64,000 nucleotides of DNA from Lepidodermella squamata (lineage: Eukaryota > Animalia > Gastrotricha). The DNA lies in NCBI GenBank assembly GCA_047495785.1, contig JBLDXI010000032.1, positions 2,542,001 through 2,606,000 of the forward strand. The letters run 5' to 3'. A program made the position numbers and the translations under genes. Numbering within the stretch: the first letter of the stretch is position 1; the number at the start of each line of letters is the position of its first letter. The notes below the pieces were generated by a model. The model did not search any database, was not told the origin of the DNA, and saw only the letters and a list, made by a program, of their open reading frames with translations. Below, piece after piece: positions 34,807 to 47,101 of this stretch.

Positions 34807-36168
34807 ATGGCTGGGTGGCGACCAACGAATTCCAATTTTTACTTGGAAGATATACGATTGGCTATCGAATCTGCTCTATGTCAGTCTTCGGTAAATAATT
34901 TTAGAGATGATGCCATCGGAATGGCTCTAGGAATGGCTTCTGCGATGCCATTATCCATACTCAATAGAGAACTTCACGCCAGATCGGCCGGAAAATTACA
35001 TCCGTATTACGACAGAGAATTTGCTAATTTCACTCACTGTTTTGAGGCCCTCATAAGCGTCATGGAGCAGCGGCAACGTGGCTTGAAAGACGTCGACATC
35101 GATCTAATTTTGTGGTGGTCTCTAAATTTGAGAAAAATTGACATTTTCAGAGCAACAATTTTAGCGGCAAACGAAGTTGGTTTGAAGCCGCCGAAGACAC
35201 TACTGGCAACATTGCTGAATCGCGCTATACGCTCGGGATTTACCGCGGGTGTCCGTTTGTGCGTGGAGTCCGGCGCTGATCCAAATCTACCAGCTAATAC
35301 ATCTCAAGTTACACGGTGTCCTCCTATATATGATGCTCTAATGTGGGCTTTGCCCGTTCATCGATTTCGAGTAGAATATCACGATCGTCCGAGAGGTCGG
35401 TCCACAAGCGCCCAATTCCACATGGTTTATTCTGGAAATTCGGCATCCGAATCAATAGAATCCGATTCAAGATTTGAGATCGTTAAATTGTTACTCGACA
35501 ATGGAGCCGACTTGGCAGCACGTTACTGTTGTTCCAACGATCATTGCGCCGATGGCAGTATAGTGGCCCATCACTTATCGGAGATAGCCATTGCCAATGA
35601 GAAAGTCGCAGATCTTGTCATTGGACGAACACCGCCATGCAGCTATTCTGATTTGTCAAGAGTAGGATTTCAGCGTTGCCAAGCTCATACTCCGCTAGCT
35701 AAGGCATTTTTCAACATTTTCTCTGAATATTGGCCTGACAGTAGCACAACCTCGAAAGTCATGAGATTAGTAGTGCTACCACTACTTCGAATGGGTGCTC
35801 CTTTCAAACCTGACTATTTAGCACCTGAAAACTGTAATTTAATGGCTGAGTTCATTACGTCTGGTGGACTTTTCTGGAAGCCATGGAGGGATTTCCTGAT
35901 GCAAATTTTGATCGAATCCCGGCAATCTAATGCAGCACCAGCGATTAGGAACTTGATTCACAGCACGGACTTCGACGGAAGCTCAAATAAATTATCCAAC
36001 CTCATTATCGAAAGTCGTGCAGGTTTTTTCCCGCGATCACTGCAAGCCCAGTGTCGCACCGTCATTCTTCGTAATCTGGAAATCGGGAAAATCAGAGATC
36101 GCCACATTGACATGCTTAACCTCCCCATTACAATTGGCAATTTCCTGAAATTTTCCGAGCTTGGTTAA
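34807..36168 (+). CDS. ASB-like protein A9 (long type, separated from the array by HGSNAT)
   Basis: IDLILWWS, AIRSGFTAGVRLCVESGADPN, IVKLLLDNGADL, VLPLLRMGA, SOCS box FPRSLQAQCRTVILRNL...IDMLNLPITIGNFLKF. Confidence 0.82.
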   Translation: MAGWRPTNSNFYLEDIRLAIESALCQSSVNNFRDDAIGMALGMASAMPLSILNRELHARSAGKLHPYYDREFANFTHCFEALISVMEQRQRGLKDVDIDLILWWSLNLRKIDIFRATILAANEVGLKPPKTLLATLLNRAIRSGFTAGVRLCVESGADPNLPANTSQVTRCPPIYDALMWALPVHRFRVEYHDRPRGRSTSAQFHMVYSGNSASESIESDSRFEIVKLLLDNGADLAARYCCSNDHCADGSIVAHHLSEIAIANEKVADLVIGRTPPCSYSDLSRVGFQRCQAHTPLAKAFFNIFSEYWPDSSTTSKVMRLVVLPLLRMGAPFKPDYLAPENCNLMAEFITSGGLFWKPWRDFLMQILIESRQSNAAPAIRNLIHSTDFDGSSNKLSNLIIESRAGFFPRSLQAQCRTVILRNLEIGKIRDRHIDMLNLPITIGNFLKFSELG

Positions 36169-37178
36169 GCTATTTCATTATTTTTATATCACATAATAAA
36201 CGTACAATTTTATGCACAAAATGCGTTAACTTTATTGGCAGTTCATTTTGAAATAGCAGTTGGCGCATGAAGCATGAAGGTTTTGAAGCTGACTGACGCA
36301 GACGGTGAATTTTTACCCTTCACAGCATTGAGACGAGAGCTTCAAGCATCACGTCTGCCTTCATGCCCTCATACTAGCAGAACATTAGTTCATCTTGGAA
36401 CATTGAGCGCCCTAATGTCGAAGGCCAGGCAGAGCTGCAACAGCCTCAACAGGCGTGATGTTATGGACGCTTTTATTTTTAATTTCTGATACCTAAACGA
36501 AAAAATAATATAATATAATATTGTAGCGATATGTGAAATTCAGTCATGGCCAAATGACCGTCAGCTGAGAATTTTTATATTTTCTGAACGAGGTCCAAAG
36601 TTCACAGCGACGGGACAGCTGGCCGAATTGGAAGCTCGTAACTTGCGTTCGCTGAGGGTTGGTAGTAATTTTGGTTTCCCGTAATGCGTTTCTATAAAAT
36701 ATAAAATGTGCTCGTTTCTTAGCCAGTTTAAGACGTGTTAGTTCATGGTTTACTCGCATTTGTTTGATTGTTCAGAGGTGGACTCTCGAAGTCACGGTAA
36801 TAACTAACTATATAGTTTTTAAATGTTAGTCGAAGCAGTTGGAAGCCTTAAGCAATCATATCTCATAGAGAAGTTTTTATGAAGGGTGTGATGTGTTTTC
36901 GTTTCATACACAGGAACAATATAAGTGATTGATATTGAACCTATTGAACCCATCTTTTCTTTGCCTTTCTGAGTTAGTATTTGTTAGTATGATCTCTTTG
37001 CGAATACTTATCTGATCATATACCGTATGCCGTATGCCCTTTGATTTACTCATGAATATCGGGATTCATGATTAAGTATTTGAATTACCTATGCGATTAC
37101 TGTTGCTTTCAGCCAAACTTGAATTATACATATTTGATGAATTTGTTATAGTATTATTACAGCGAAACTTACTTGAAA

Positions 37179-38669
37179 ATGCTTAGTCGACAGCTTCCTC
37201 TTTTGCAACAAGTTCGCAATGCTTCTGCGAAAGCCGCAACTGCATCTTCGTCCTCATCTAAAATAAAGAAACCGATGGGCGGTCGTCCTGTTGTGCTGGT
37301 TGATGCGTGCCGCATTCCCTTCCAGACCGTAAGTTCAGAATTTTTTAATAACTCCATCTTCAAACTATTCGTTTCTGTAGTCTGGAACTGCTTATGCCAA
37401 GCTGATGCCGCACGACTTGTTGCGAACTGCTTTTCAAGGGCTTATCAATAGGACTGAGATACCGAAAGAAGCAGTTGATTATATCATAGTTGGAACTGTT
37501 ATTCAAGAAGTGAAGACAGCAAACATTGCTCGTGAAGCTGCTCTGGGCGCTGGTTTCTCAGACCGAACCCCATCACACACCATCACGCAAGCTTGCATTT
37601 CATCGAACCAAGCCATTGCACAAGCCGCGACACTGATTGCTAACGGCCATCACGATGTCGTTGTTTGCGGCGGTGTGGAAACTATGTCCGATGTCCCAAT
37701 TCGCTTGTCCCGCAAAACTCGCGCTCAACTCCTTTCCTTGAACAAGGCCAAGACCCTCCCGGCGAAACTGGCTCTTGGAGCTCAGATACTTAATCCTAAG
37801 ACTCTGTAGGTTTCAATAAATTACCGGTTAAGTCAGATATTAATTTCTTACTTAGGTTCAACTTTGAGCTGCCTGCAATTGCTGAATTCTCGACGGGTGA
37901 AACTATGGGTCACAGTGGCGACCGCTTGGCCGCCTCTTTCGCGGTTTCTCGTCGTGAACAAGACGAATACGCCTTGCGTTCACATTCTTTGGCGCAGAAG
38001 GCTACCGATGCCGGTCATCTTACCGAGCTGATCCCCTACAAAGTACCCGGAGTTGCTAATCCGGTTCTTCGCGATAACGGCATTCGTGTTTCCACTATTG
38101 AGGCGATGTCTCGCCTGAAGCCAGCTTTTGTTAAGCCCCATGGCAGTGTTACTGCAGCGAATGCTTCGTTTTTAACCGACGGTGCATCGGCTTGTTTAAT
38201 TATGTCTGAGGAGAAGGCCTTGCAATTGGGTTACAAGCCCAAGGCTTACCTTCGCGACTATGTTTTCGTGTCTCAGGATCCGAAAGACCAGCTTTTGTTA
38301 GGCCCTGCCTACGCCACCCCACGCTTGCTGGACAAACAAGGTTTGACCCTGAAGGACATTGACGTCTTCGAATTTCACGAGGCCTTTGCCGGTCAAATTC
38401 TTGCTAACTTGAAAGCGATGGATTCGGAATTCTTTGCGAAGAACTACCTTAAACGCGCCCAAGGTCCGCTGGGCCCGATGCCCCTGGAGAAATTCAACAA
38501 CTGGGGCGGCTCGTTGTCGCTCGGCCACCCGTTCGGCGCCACGGGAATTCGTTTGGTCGCGGCTGCGGCGAACAGACTTGAGAAGGAAAACGGTCAAGTT
38601 GCGCTGATCGCTGCTTGCGCGGCTGGCGGTATTGGTCACGGCATGCTGATTGAGCGCTACAGGAAATGA
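37179..38669 (+). CDS. HADHB: Mitochondrial trifunctional enzyme beta subunit (3-ketoacyl-CoA thiolase)
   Basis: Mitochondrial presequence, [76 protein letters not shown]; 2 short introns. Confidence 0.96.
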
Positions 38670-40385
38670 GCCAAACGGAGATTACTACTCTAGCTAAAGA
38701 GACGAAATCCTTTTATTTCAAACTAAAGTTGTGTCTCCCTGTTGTATCAAACATGCAAAAAAGCGTTGTTCAAAACGACGGACTTCAGGTGACAATAATA
38801 ATAATAAAGCTATTATAATATGAAATATTAGTATTAAAGTCTGTTCACTAGAAGAATCCGAGTTTTAACTTCTGAGTAAAATGCAATACTTTTCGTTTCA
38901 GTTCATTTTATCGCTGTTTTATTCATGAATTGTCGCAGATATCTTTATTTCTTAACAGGGCGAATCGTGTGTTTTAAATCGCCTGTTGCCTGAGGAGCGT
39001 CAACAAAACAGTATTATTTATTTCGATAAAGCGACGTGACGTACTACACTTAAACACTTCTCCCGCGAGCGTCGAACTTATATTAATTATTGACAATTAT
39101 TATCGATTAGCCAAGAGAGCAGCGCAAAACAACTCATCTGTACTTGTTAAAAAGACGGCTCGTCCCAGTTTTATCCATGTGATCAGCAGCTTTTACAATG
39201 AGATGTTCATTGCATTGTTTCGACGTTTCGGGTTTTTCTACCAATTCACGATTTTCGAGAAAACTTAGCGCCAACTCACCTGCGGGAATATGTCAAGTAA
39301 TACATTAGGATCGAAAAACGTTGGCGATAGTCTCGGTAATCAGTCTCTGTTGCCACGAATTAGATACCGAACTGGCGCCTTTCACAGTGGCAATAACTGG
39401 CAACGATGTCGTGGGATCGCCGCTATTACATGCATGCTAAGAGACGATAACTGAATTTTAAGAAAAATTGCCGCTAATCGGTTATGACCCACGAATTAGA
39501 CCGAGAGTGTAGTCGCAGCAGCTGGAAATTTGTTCAATGTACATCGGTGGAAGCTCAGTTTCAGAGTCGAATCTTGATTTTACAGCCTGGGATGACCTGA
39601 GACTTCGGTGGCATGCTGCGGAGTCAAGGGAACACAAATCCATCAGTATTGCGGGAGATGTAATAATGTTAATATCCTCAATTCTAAACAATTCTGTAAT
39701 ATTTCTGCATTGTTAGTTTGCTGATTCAGCCTTAGCGGTTTCTTTTTGTCAGGTTACATGGTGAATCACGTCGATATCGTCTCAATACGCTGGAATTGGA
39801 ATGAGAATCGCCAACACTTGTTCTGCGATTCCCGGCATAATTTCGCCCAATCTAACCAAGGGCCAATCGAATCCCGAATCTTGGCAGTCTTTTATATCGC
39901 CATGGGCGCAATATTATTTTTCTCCATACATGCGAAAGGTGAAGTGCAAACATGGTCGATATTTGCGGGGAAGCCTGGCGTCTTGAAGATTTCGAAAAAC
40001 TCATAGTGCGTAAATAGTGAAAGGGAAAAAAAACGTCGTAAACAGTTCATTCACTTTTTATTCTCGCATGAAAGCAGAAAAGCTGATTAAATAAATACAA
40101 ATATTTCAATAATTACTGATGGCGAAGCAACGGGTAGTCAGCAGAAATACATGACAGAGACGATTAAATTATAACACAGCCATTTAAAATCAATGCGGTT
40201 TCGATTTTGAATACAAGGTCTTTCTCATTAGACGAGACAATTGGTGCCTGGAAATCGGTTGATTTTGCTTCTATTGCGAGACTTGATCCAATTTATAAAC
40301 GAAAGCTAAAACATCAGTATAGCAAATTCATCCGATTTCACAGTGAATTTGAAAGAAAGCTATAAATGACAACCATGACTAGAAA

Positions 40386-42866
40386 CTATGACGCCGCATT
40401 GTTCATCGTCTGCATTTTCTCCCAGTATGGAGAAAGCCACGACGTCGGGCCATTGTGCTGATTGTGAGCCGAAACATTCGCAGATTGCTGCTGTTGCTGG
40501 TGATAGGTTAAAATCGCAAGTAGCTGAGTAGGACTTTCTGTTTGAATCGCCGAGTCTAAAGCCTTTCTTGGATCAATCGGTTGAAGCGAGTTCGTTTGAG
40601 GCGGGATAATCGTCTGTGATGCCTGTGTCGATAGGCTCAAACTCGAGGGTGAAGGTGACAATAAATTGGGCGATGATCTAGAATTAGCGCCTGGTTGGTT
40701 CTTATTCGGCGAATGAGAAGAAACGGCTGCAAGAAGGCTGGCATGACTTGCGGTAGTTCCAACGAATTGACCAGTTGTTGGCGATCCTGAGCCCCAGCTG
40801 GCAGTTAAAACCGGTAGTTGAGCCTGGTTTGATTGAGCCGAGTTCAACAAACGAACCGCTTCGATTGGAGGCGCCCCACTGCTAAGCAAAACTTCAGCAG
40901 CGTGGCTGATACCCCGACCTTGCGGCAACCGGCGCAACATATCAAGTGAAAGCTGGTAACCAGCTGGCCATTGACGGCTCAGCGCTAGCAATGAGCACGC
41001 TAATGGTACTGAATCTGTCACAACTCGATACTGCAGAAGTTGATACAACTGGAATAGACCGGCAGACGGCGACGACGAGTAGTGGTGGACCATGAGTTCA
41101 GCCAGCGAGTATTCGACAGGTCGATCCAATGCAATTATTGCACGAATGAACTCCATTAAGGCGGCTGAAGCAAGGCGAACCGACTGCTTCGGCCTATCAG
41201 CGCGAAGAGCCGGCTCGAAAGCTCCGTTTGCGAGCAACGCCTGGCTTGGAATAGCACTTAAACGGAAATAAAACGGCGGGTTGATATCTTGAAGTAATGC
41301 CAGGTCGGAATCTTGCAGCAAGCCACCGCCTGTAGCTAACGCGGGCATTAGTCTGGCTAACAGGTCGAACCGTGATCGTTGCGTTGTGAGCAGATACGAT
41401 TGCGAAAATGCATTTTCCTCCGATAAATCCACCCCTTTCCGGTCGTAGTCGAATAGAACGCGTTTCAAGGCGTCGACAACTTGCCAACGAGCCGCCTGGT
41501 CCGACCGGCCCATAGCAACGATCAAACACAACCCAGCCTCATCAATTGCCGGCGATGCGCTTCTAGTGATTCGCTTTAATAGCGAGTCGGTTTTCAATTT
41601 CAGTCGCCACGCTTCGAGGCCATCGACTCGAAGCAGCAAATCAGGCAGAACTGGGACTCGAACTGAAACACCGCCCATCAACCAGGCAGCTGGCTGCGGT
41701 TCGACGAGTGACGAGTAGTAAGACACGAATTGGTCGTACTCGCAAGGCACGTTCAAATCGAAAATTAAACAAGACTGGCTGGTCTGGTGGTGCGCGATTA
41801 GTAAATCATCGACAACGCTAAAGGCAATGGCCAACGAGTCGAACGGGTGCAGACGAACTATTTTCGTTTTAACGAAGCAATTTTGGTTCGGAAGAAATTG
41901 ATAGAGTTGCAGCTCGGCGTAACTGCGGCTGTCGCGAGCCCGGGGCTGTAGAAGCAACACAACGAGGTAAACACTGTTATAAACTCGCAGCATGGCCACG
42001 TCTTGCTGCCTAGGCCCGCTGCGGACGTTCGATTGGTCAACAGTCGCAATGCCTGTGTCGATTTCAAACCGCGACAACGGTTGGATATTAGCTGTCCGTA
42101 TCAGGAGAGGTTGAGCTGCGCCTTGATTTGCCTTCGTAAAAAGCGCTAAAATAGCTGTCGATGCGGTGAAGGCTGCTGTAAGAGTAGCACCGGGTAGCAT
42201 CGCCCATTTATACCAGATAATACCGCCAGCCACGTGCTGCGATTTCAGCTGCTTGACTTGACGTTTAGCTGGTTGGCAACTGAGAAGTTCGACGTCAGTT
42301 GAGGTGACTACAACCAGGCGTTCCGGGGTCAGCCATTCGCAGCCGTAAACCTCGAACTGCTCACGGCTAGCTTGCCGCGATGTCGCATGAGGCACGCAAG
42401 TGTAAGAATACGGTAGAAGTTTTGCGTTATCAGCAGGGGTTTCAACTTTTTGATTCTCGCCTGGAAGATTGACAAACTCGAAAGTGGCGGATTTCTCCCA
42501 CAACGCCGAGACAACGTTCAAATCTGGGTATTATCAAAATTAAAATCTGGCAAAATTCGCTAAATTTGCCTAACCTGGTGAGAATTTGATGGCTTTCATC
42601 ATCTCCGGCCTAGCAAAACGTAAACATCGCCGCCAACCGGTTGCCATGGAAACGGCTACTACGTCTAAATACTGATGCGAACTGTCTTGAGTTACTGATA
42701 TCACAACCGCATTAGCCTCGTCGTAGAACAAAGACGGCGGCGATGAATAGTGTGACGATGCCGTGCTTGGTTGTTGAGTTGGAGTCGTAGCACGAGGGCT
42801 GACACCCTTCGTCATCACGATTGGCGACTCCAAATACAGAAAATCGTCATCCACCTGACTTGCCAT
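40386..42866 (-). CDS. RMC1: Regulator of MON1-CCZ1 (C18orf8/Mic1)
   Basis: LFYDEANAVVISV, IKFSP, SVVDDLLIAHHQTSQSCLIFD, Mic1 motif LYQLLQYRVVTDSVPLACSLLAL...YQLSLDMLRRL; one short intron at about 42573-42524. Confidence 0.88.
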
Positions 42867-43482
42867 TCATTCAATTGTAAAACCAAAAATACTAAAATTA
42901 AGAAAAACACGATCGTTTTATACCCATTCCAATTTTACTTTTTCTTGATTTTCAATGATGATATAACCGTAACAAGCACAGCAGACAGGCGCATAGTCGA
43001 AAAATCATTGAATTGCTATCGAGATTAAAAGAGAAATAAAGGTGTAAACAACGTGTGCATTGGGTATTTTTCACCAATTACGATAGAAACTCTTGTTCTC
43101 ATACCAAAGAAATCGCTTGACACCAAATCATCATATAAAAAAACCAAAAATGCAACAAAAGAATATCCAAATATGAAATTTATATAGGAAGGAGCGTGAA
43201 AGTATCTTCTGCAGGTAAAATCAAGACTATTTTGCAAGGACAAATGCGGAGCGCAAAAGTGTAAAGATAGATTTTCAATATATATATATAGATATCAATC
43301 ATTCAATCTAAAAAATATTCCAATTTTTCGTTCATTTTTTTCCACCCATAATCACACAAAACATATTTCTGTTTTTTTTTACACATAGGTATTTTTCCAC
43401 AAATTCGTAAAAAGAATAGATTTTTTGTTACCAAACTCCAGGAATAGTACGATTTTTTACTAGTGCTGCAACTGCTAATATG

Positions 43483-43507
43483 AAAGAGAAAGAGAGAGAG
43501 AGAGAGA
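43483..43507. repeat. (GA)n microsatellite
   Basis: gaaagagaaagagagagagagagag in the AT-rich region downstream of ZFAND4. Confidence 0.7.
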
Positions 43508-44398
43508 AAATCGTATCAGTTAATGACAATTCCAAATTTTGACCTATACAATGCATAGCAGGATAGAAAATTAAACAAATGCCGACTATTTATTGGCGCA
43601 GCTAAAGGAAGGTGAAAATTTAATATCTCCATAAAAATGATAAAGCCATCCCAAACAACGTATTATAAAATTTGCATAAAAAACCACTCACGCGATAAGG
43701 GATGGATACATTAATGATGGCACGGGACCACAAACCTCGACACCGTTCAAATTATACTCATCTTTTTCAAATTTAATTTACGTTTTGCACGAGTGAAAAT
43801 TTACACATAAAAGGTACGTCGTTGTACGTTTCGTAAAATTATGACACAAATGAGAGCGATTTAAAAAAAAACAAAGAAAAATCACCGCTATAACAAAAGG
43901 TGCGAAAAGCGGATTTGAAAAACCATGCATTTTAAGCAAATATTATCATTATGGCCTTTAGGTACTAATATTAACATCACCGTTTGATGCGTGGTTAAAA
44001 AACTGCAGCGGAAGCTTCAACTCAGTAATTCGTTACTTCTCCACAAATGGCTAAAACCACCCAGACTACATGAGATATAGGTTCCGTTTCAACAAACACC
44101 TCGCACGTGTATATAACCGCGTGAAAAATAGCATGATGATAAATCGAATCTCCGGTAAATATCAAGCAAGATAAGATTTGGCCTGGCGCACGTTAACAAA
44201 ACGGGTAATATCAGCGCATAGAGCACATAAAATCCACAAACCGCGAGAATAATGTGGTCTAGTACCAGAGCTAAATACGCTATTTAGCATTTAAAACTTG
44301 GGTTGGATGAAATATAAATCGTTTTTTTTTAAATCACAGAGGCAAGGCGGATTCAAGCGAGCGAAGAAAACAAACGCAACAGCGATAAATTCGTAAAA

Positions 44399-46909
44399 TC
44401 AGATTTTCGGCAATTTGTCCGCAGTTATAACGGGGTTGTTGGCCTGAATGACTCGCCGACCCTCGCTTTTGTAGTCGTATGTACATTGATGAGCCTCGGG
44501 GTAACGGTGGACTGTACAAAAAGTGGCACTGCAACGGCATACGTAAGTCGTGGCTAGACCCGTCTTGCGGTTGCAAACGGCACAGCGAGTGACCGGGTTG
44601 GCAGCGACCGGGCGCGCCTGGCTGGTCGCAATTGCCGGAAGTTTCGTTGATGAAGATGAAGTAATGTTCAACGTATTGCCCTGACTCGGAGATGGCAATA
44701 GCTCCAAAACCGACTGCTTCTTCGCCTCGCCAACAACAGCCAAATTTGCAACATTTGATGAAGATGAGGTTTTCTGTAAAAATTAACATAGATAAGTTTA
44801 ATTTGAAATTATGATGACTCACGTTAGTAAGCTGATTGCGGCCAGTTTGAGAGTTACTCAATGAAAATCCTATGTTTTGATGTTGCTGCTGCGGCCGGGA
44901 CAAGGTGCCACCCCCAAACCGAGTCGTCGATGTCGCATTGCTCACAGTGGCAGCAGAAGAGCGCGTATTCAATGAATCCTGATTCGCAAGAGGCGGCGGA
45001 ATCAAACTGACCGGCAAGCGAGAAGAGCCTAAATGCTCCAACTCAGCTTTCATCAACAGCGTTGTCAAAGCTCTCTCCAACACGTCGACATCACCGTCCG
45101 GGTCTAACGCACTGCCAGTCGCGTGACTAGCCTGGCTGGTTTTCATCGGACTAGCCGCGATATTCTTCTTAGCTGCTGCTGCCGTCTGTTGAGGCGGCGG
45201 AGGTGGTTGAGCCGTTTGGCCGGTTTGGCGGTCGAGAAGAGCAGCAAATGCATTAGCTAACCCGGTAGGTCGGGGCGCAGGGGTTGGCAGCTGATTTGGC
45301 GGCGCCACCTGTCGACTTGTCGATCTGGGTGGAACGGGCGGGGCCTGTTTCGCCTCGCCAAACCTGTGTTGAATGACCGATTCGCCAACCAAATGCTCGT
45401 AAGCGGCATCGACAGCCGGCTTCATCGGGGTGGAAGTTGATTTCAGCTGCATCGGCGACGATTTTGTCGGAGATAATTTGATAGCAGTGCTTTCCGCCAT
45501 CATATTCGATGAATTGCTAAGCGGCTGTTGTTTAGACTGCTCCTTCTGATCTTGATCCATGACAAAAAACCGAGTCCCAGCGAACATTTCGCGTAAATAC
45601 GGCGAGCATTTGACAACTTCCTGCTGTGTCTTCTCACTTGACTGTTGAGCCGGTGGTGCCAAGTGCTGGCTTATAAAACTGCTTTGACCCTGCTTACTTA
45701 ACGGACTTGGAATCGGCGATGGTGAGGAATCTTGAAGCTCAGACGCCAATGTACCGCAAGTTTCTTCTTTGCTGCGAAAATAGTCGGCTAAGGATCCGAA
45801 ATTATTCCCCGCGCTAGTGCCAGGTTGATCTTGCAAGGAACCAACGGCACTCTTTGGCGGTGTACCCGGGGCTGGAAGTGATTGCTGGTTTGGTAATCTT
45901 CGCCTTCTTAAGCTGGACATCACCGTTGGAACGTAAGGTTTAGGCGTTTCTTGATTCAGAGAATTCCTACCGCCATTCACGCGTGTTGAAGGAGGCCGAG
46001 GCACTAGTGTAGATGTCGAGTTAACAGGAGCAGCAGCAGCAGCAGTGGCAGCAGGAACTTGAACTTGCTTGTTACCAGCCATCATTCGGCTTCTTAGTTC
46101 AGCCATTTTTTGCCGTGTCCTTTCCTCGATAACTCGCTGATCTTGCACCTTTTGCTGCTCAGTTTGCGGATTGTCAACGTTAAATGACTGCATAGACGTA
46201 TCCAGACCAGATGTTGAGCCGTTGAGGGTGGCCTCGGAGGCGGCGGACGAGTGTTCATCGCCCAGAGCCGAGGCTGATGGAGAAACCAGAGCGTCAAATG
46301 GAGCAATGGTTGAAGATCCGGTTGGAACTATGCAACTTGTTGAGCGATCGACTACGCGATAAAAATTAAGCTGGTCGCCGTCACGCAGAACCAGCAGTGT
46401 GACGTGCCGAGGGTGAGGCTGGGAAGATGGTGGCACAGGAGTAGGTGAAGCTGATGCAGTTGACGGAGCTCGAGCATCAGAGTCACCGCTGACACTTCCA
46501 CCCCCATCAGCACCCGTCGGCCAATTCTCGCCAGTGAGGGACTCCATATATTCTGTCGCCATTTCTTCAAGCAGTGTCTGCTGAGTTAGATCAGCTGTTA
46601 AAGGTCGCGTGCTGATGGGTCCTCCGCGCATGTGGAGAATCAGGCGAAGGGTGGAGCCATTTTGAATGTTGTAGTTGTAAAGGCTCAAATCATTATCGAG
46701 TTCGCGGTCTTGATGGACCAAGTGCTGATGATTCACCGGAATGCCTGAAAATTAATCACAGCATGGTACAATACAAAATTCTTTTATAATTAATCACCTT
46801 GCAGGTTTTGAATTTTCTCTTTGAGCGAAAGTACAGTTTCAAACGGTGAAACTTGAAACTGTAACAAGGAACCAGTTAGGGACTCGATAAATATTTCTAA
46901 CTGTTCCAT
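44399..46909 (-). CDS. ZFAND4: AN1-type zinc finger and ubiquitin-like domain protein
   Basis: Exon 1 MEQLEIFIESLTGSLLQFQVSPFETVLSLKEKIQNLQ|GIPVNHQHL...LRLILHMRGGPISTR (Ubl); C-terminal RCAVCNRKTGLATTYVCRCSATFCTVHRYPEAHQCTYDYK (AN1 ZnF). Confidence 0.93.
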
Positions 46910-47101
46910 CTAAAAATAAAAAAACATTGAAGTCGTATTATTATGCAACTTGTTTAATGTGAAGTCGCTCACTACCGATATAATAAAGACATTACAGACA
47001 AGATCAACGTATTACACAATAAAAGCTGAGCCATTTTAGCATCGTAATTGCTGAAAAAGGTAACAATGAAACCCTTTATAGGATCAATTGCATCGAGCAA
47101 T

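Noticed and set aside
39040-40010. Exon-like stretch between HADHB and RMC1
   Set aside because: Some splice-like signals and short ORFs, but I could not build a consistent reading frame or recognise a motif.
44334-46736. 800-aa ORF as a complete protein
   Set aside because: It reads through an intron (about 44822-44776); splicing shifts into the AN1 zinc-finger frame ending at 44399, and the true start is in an upstream exon.
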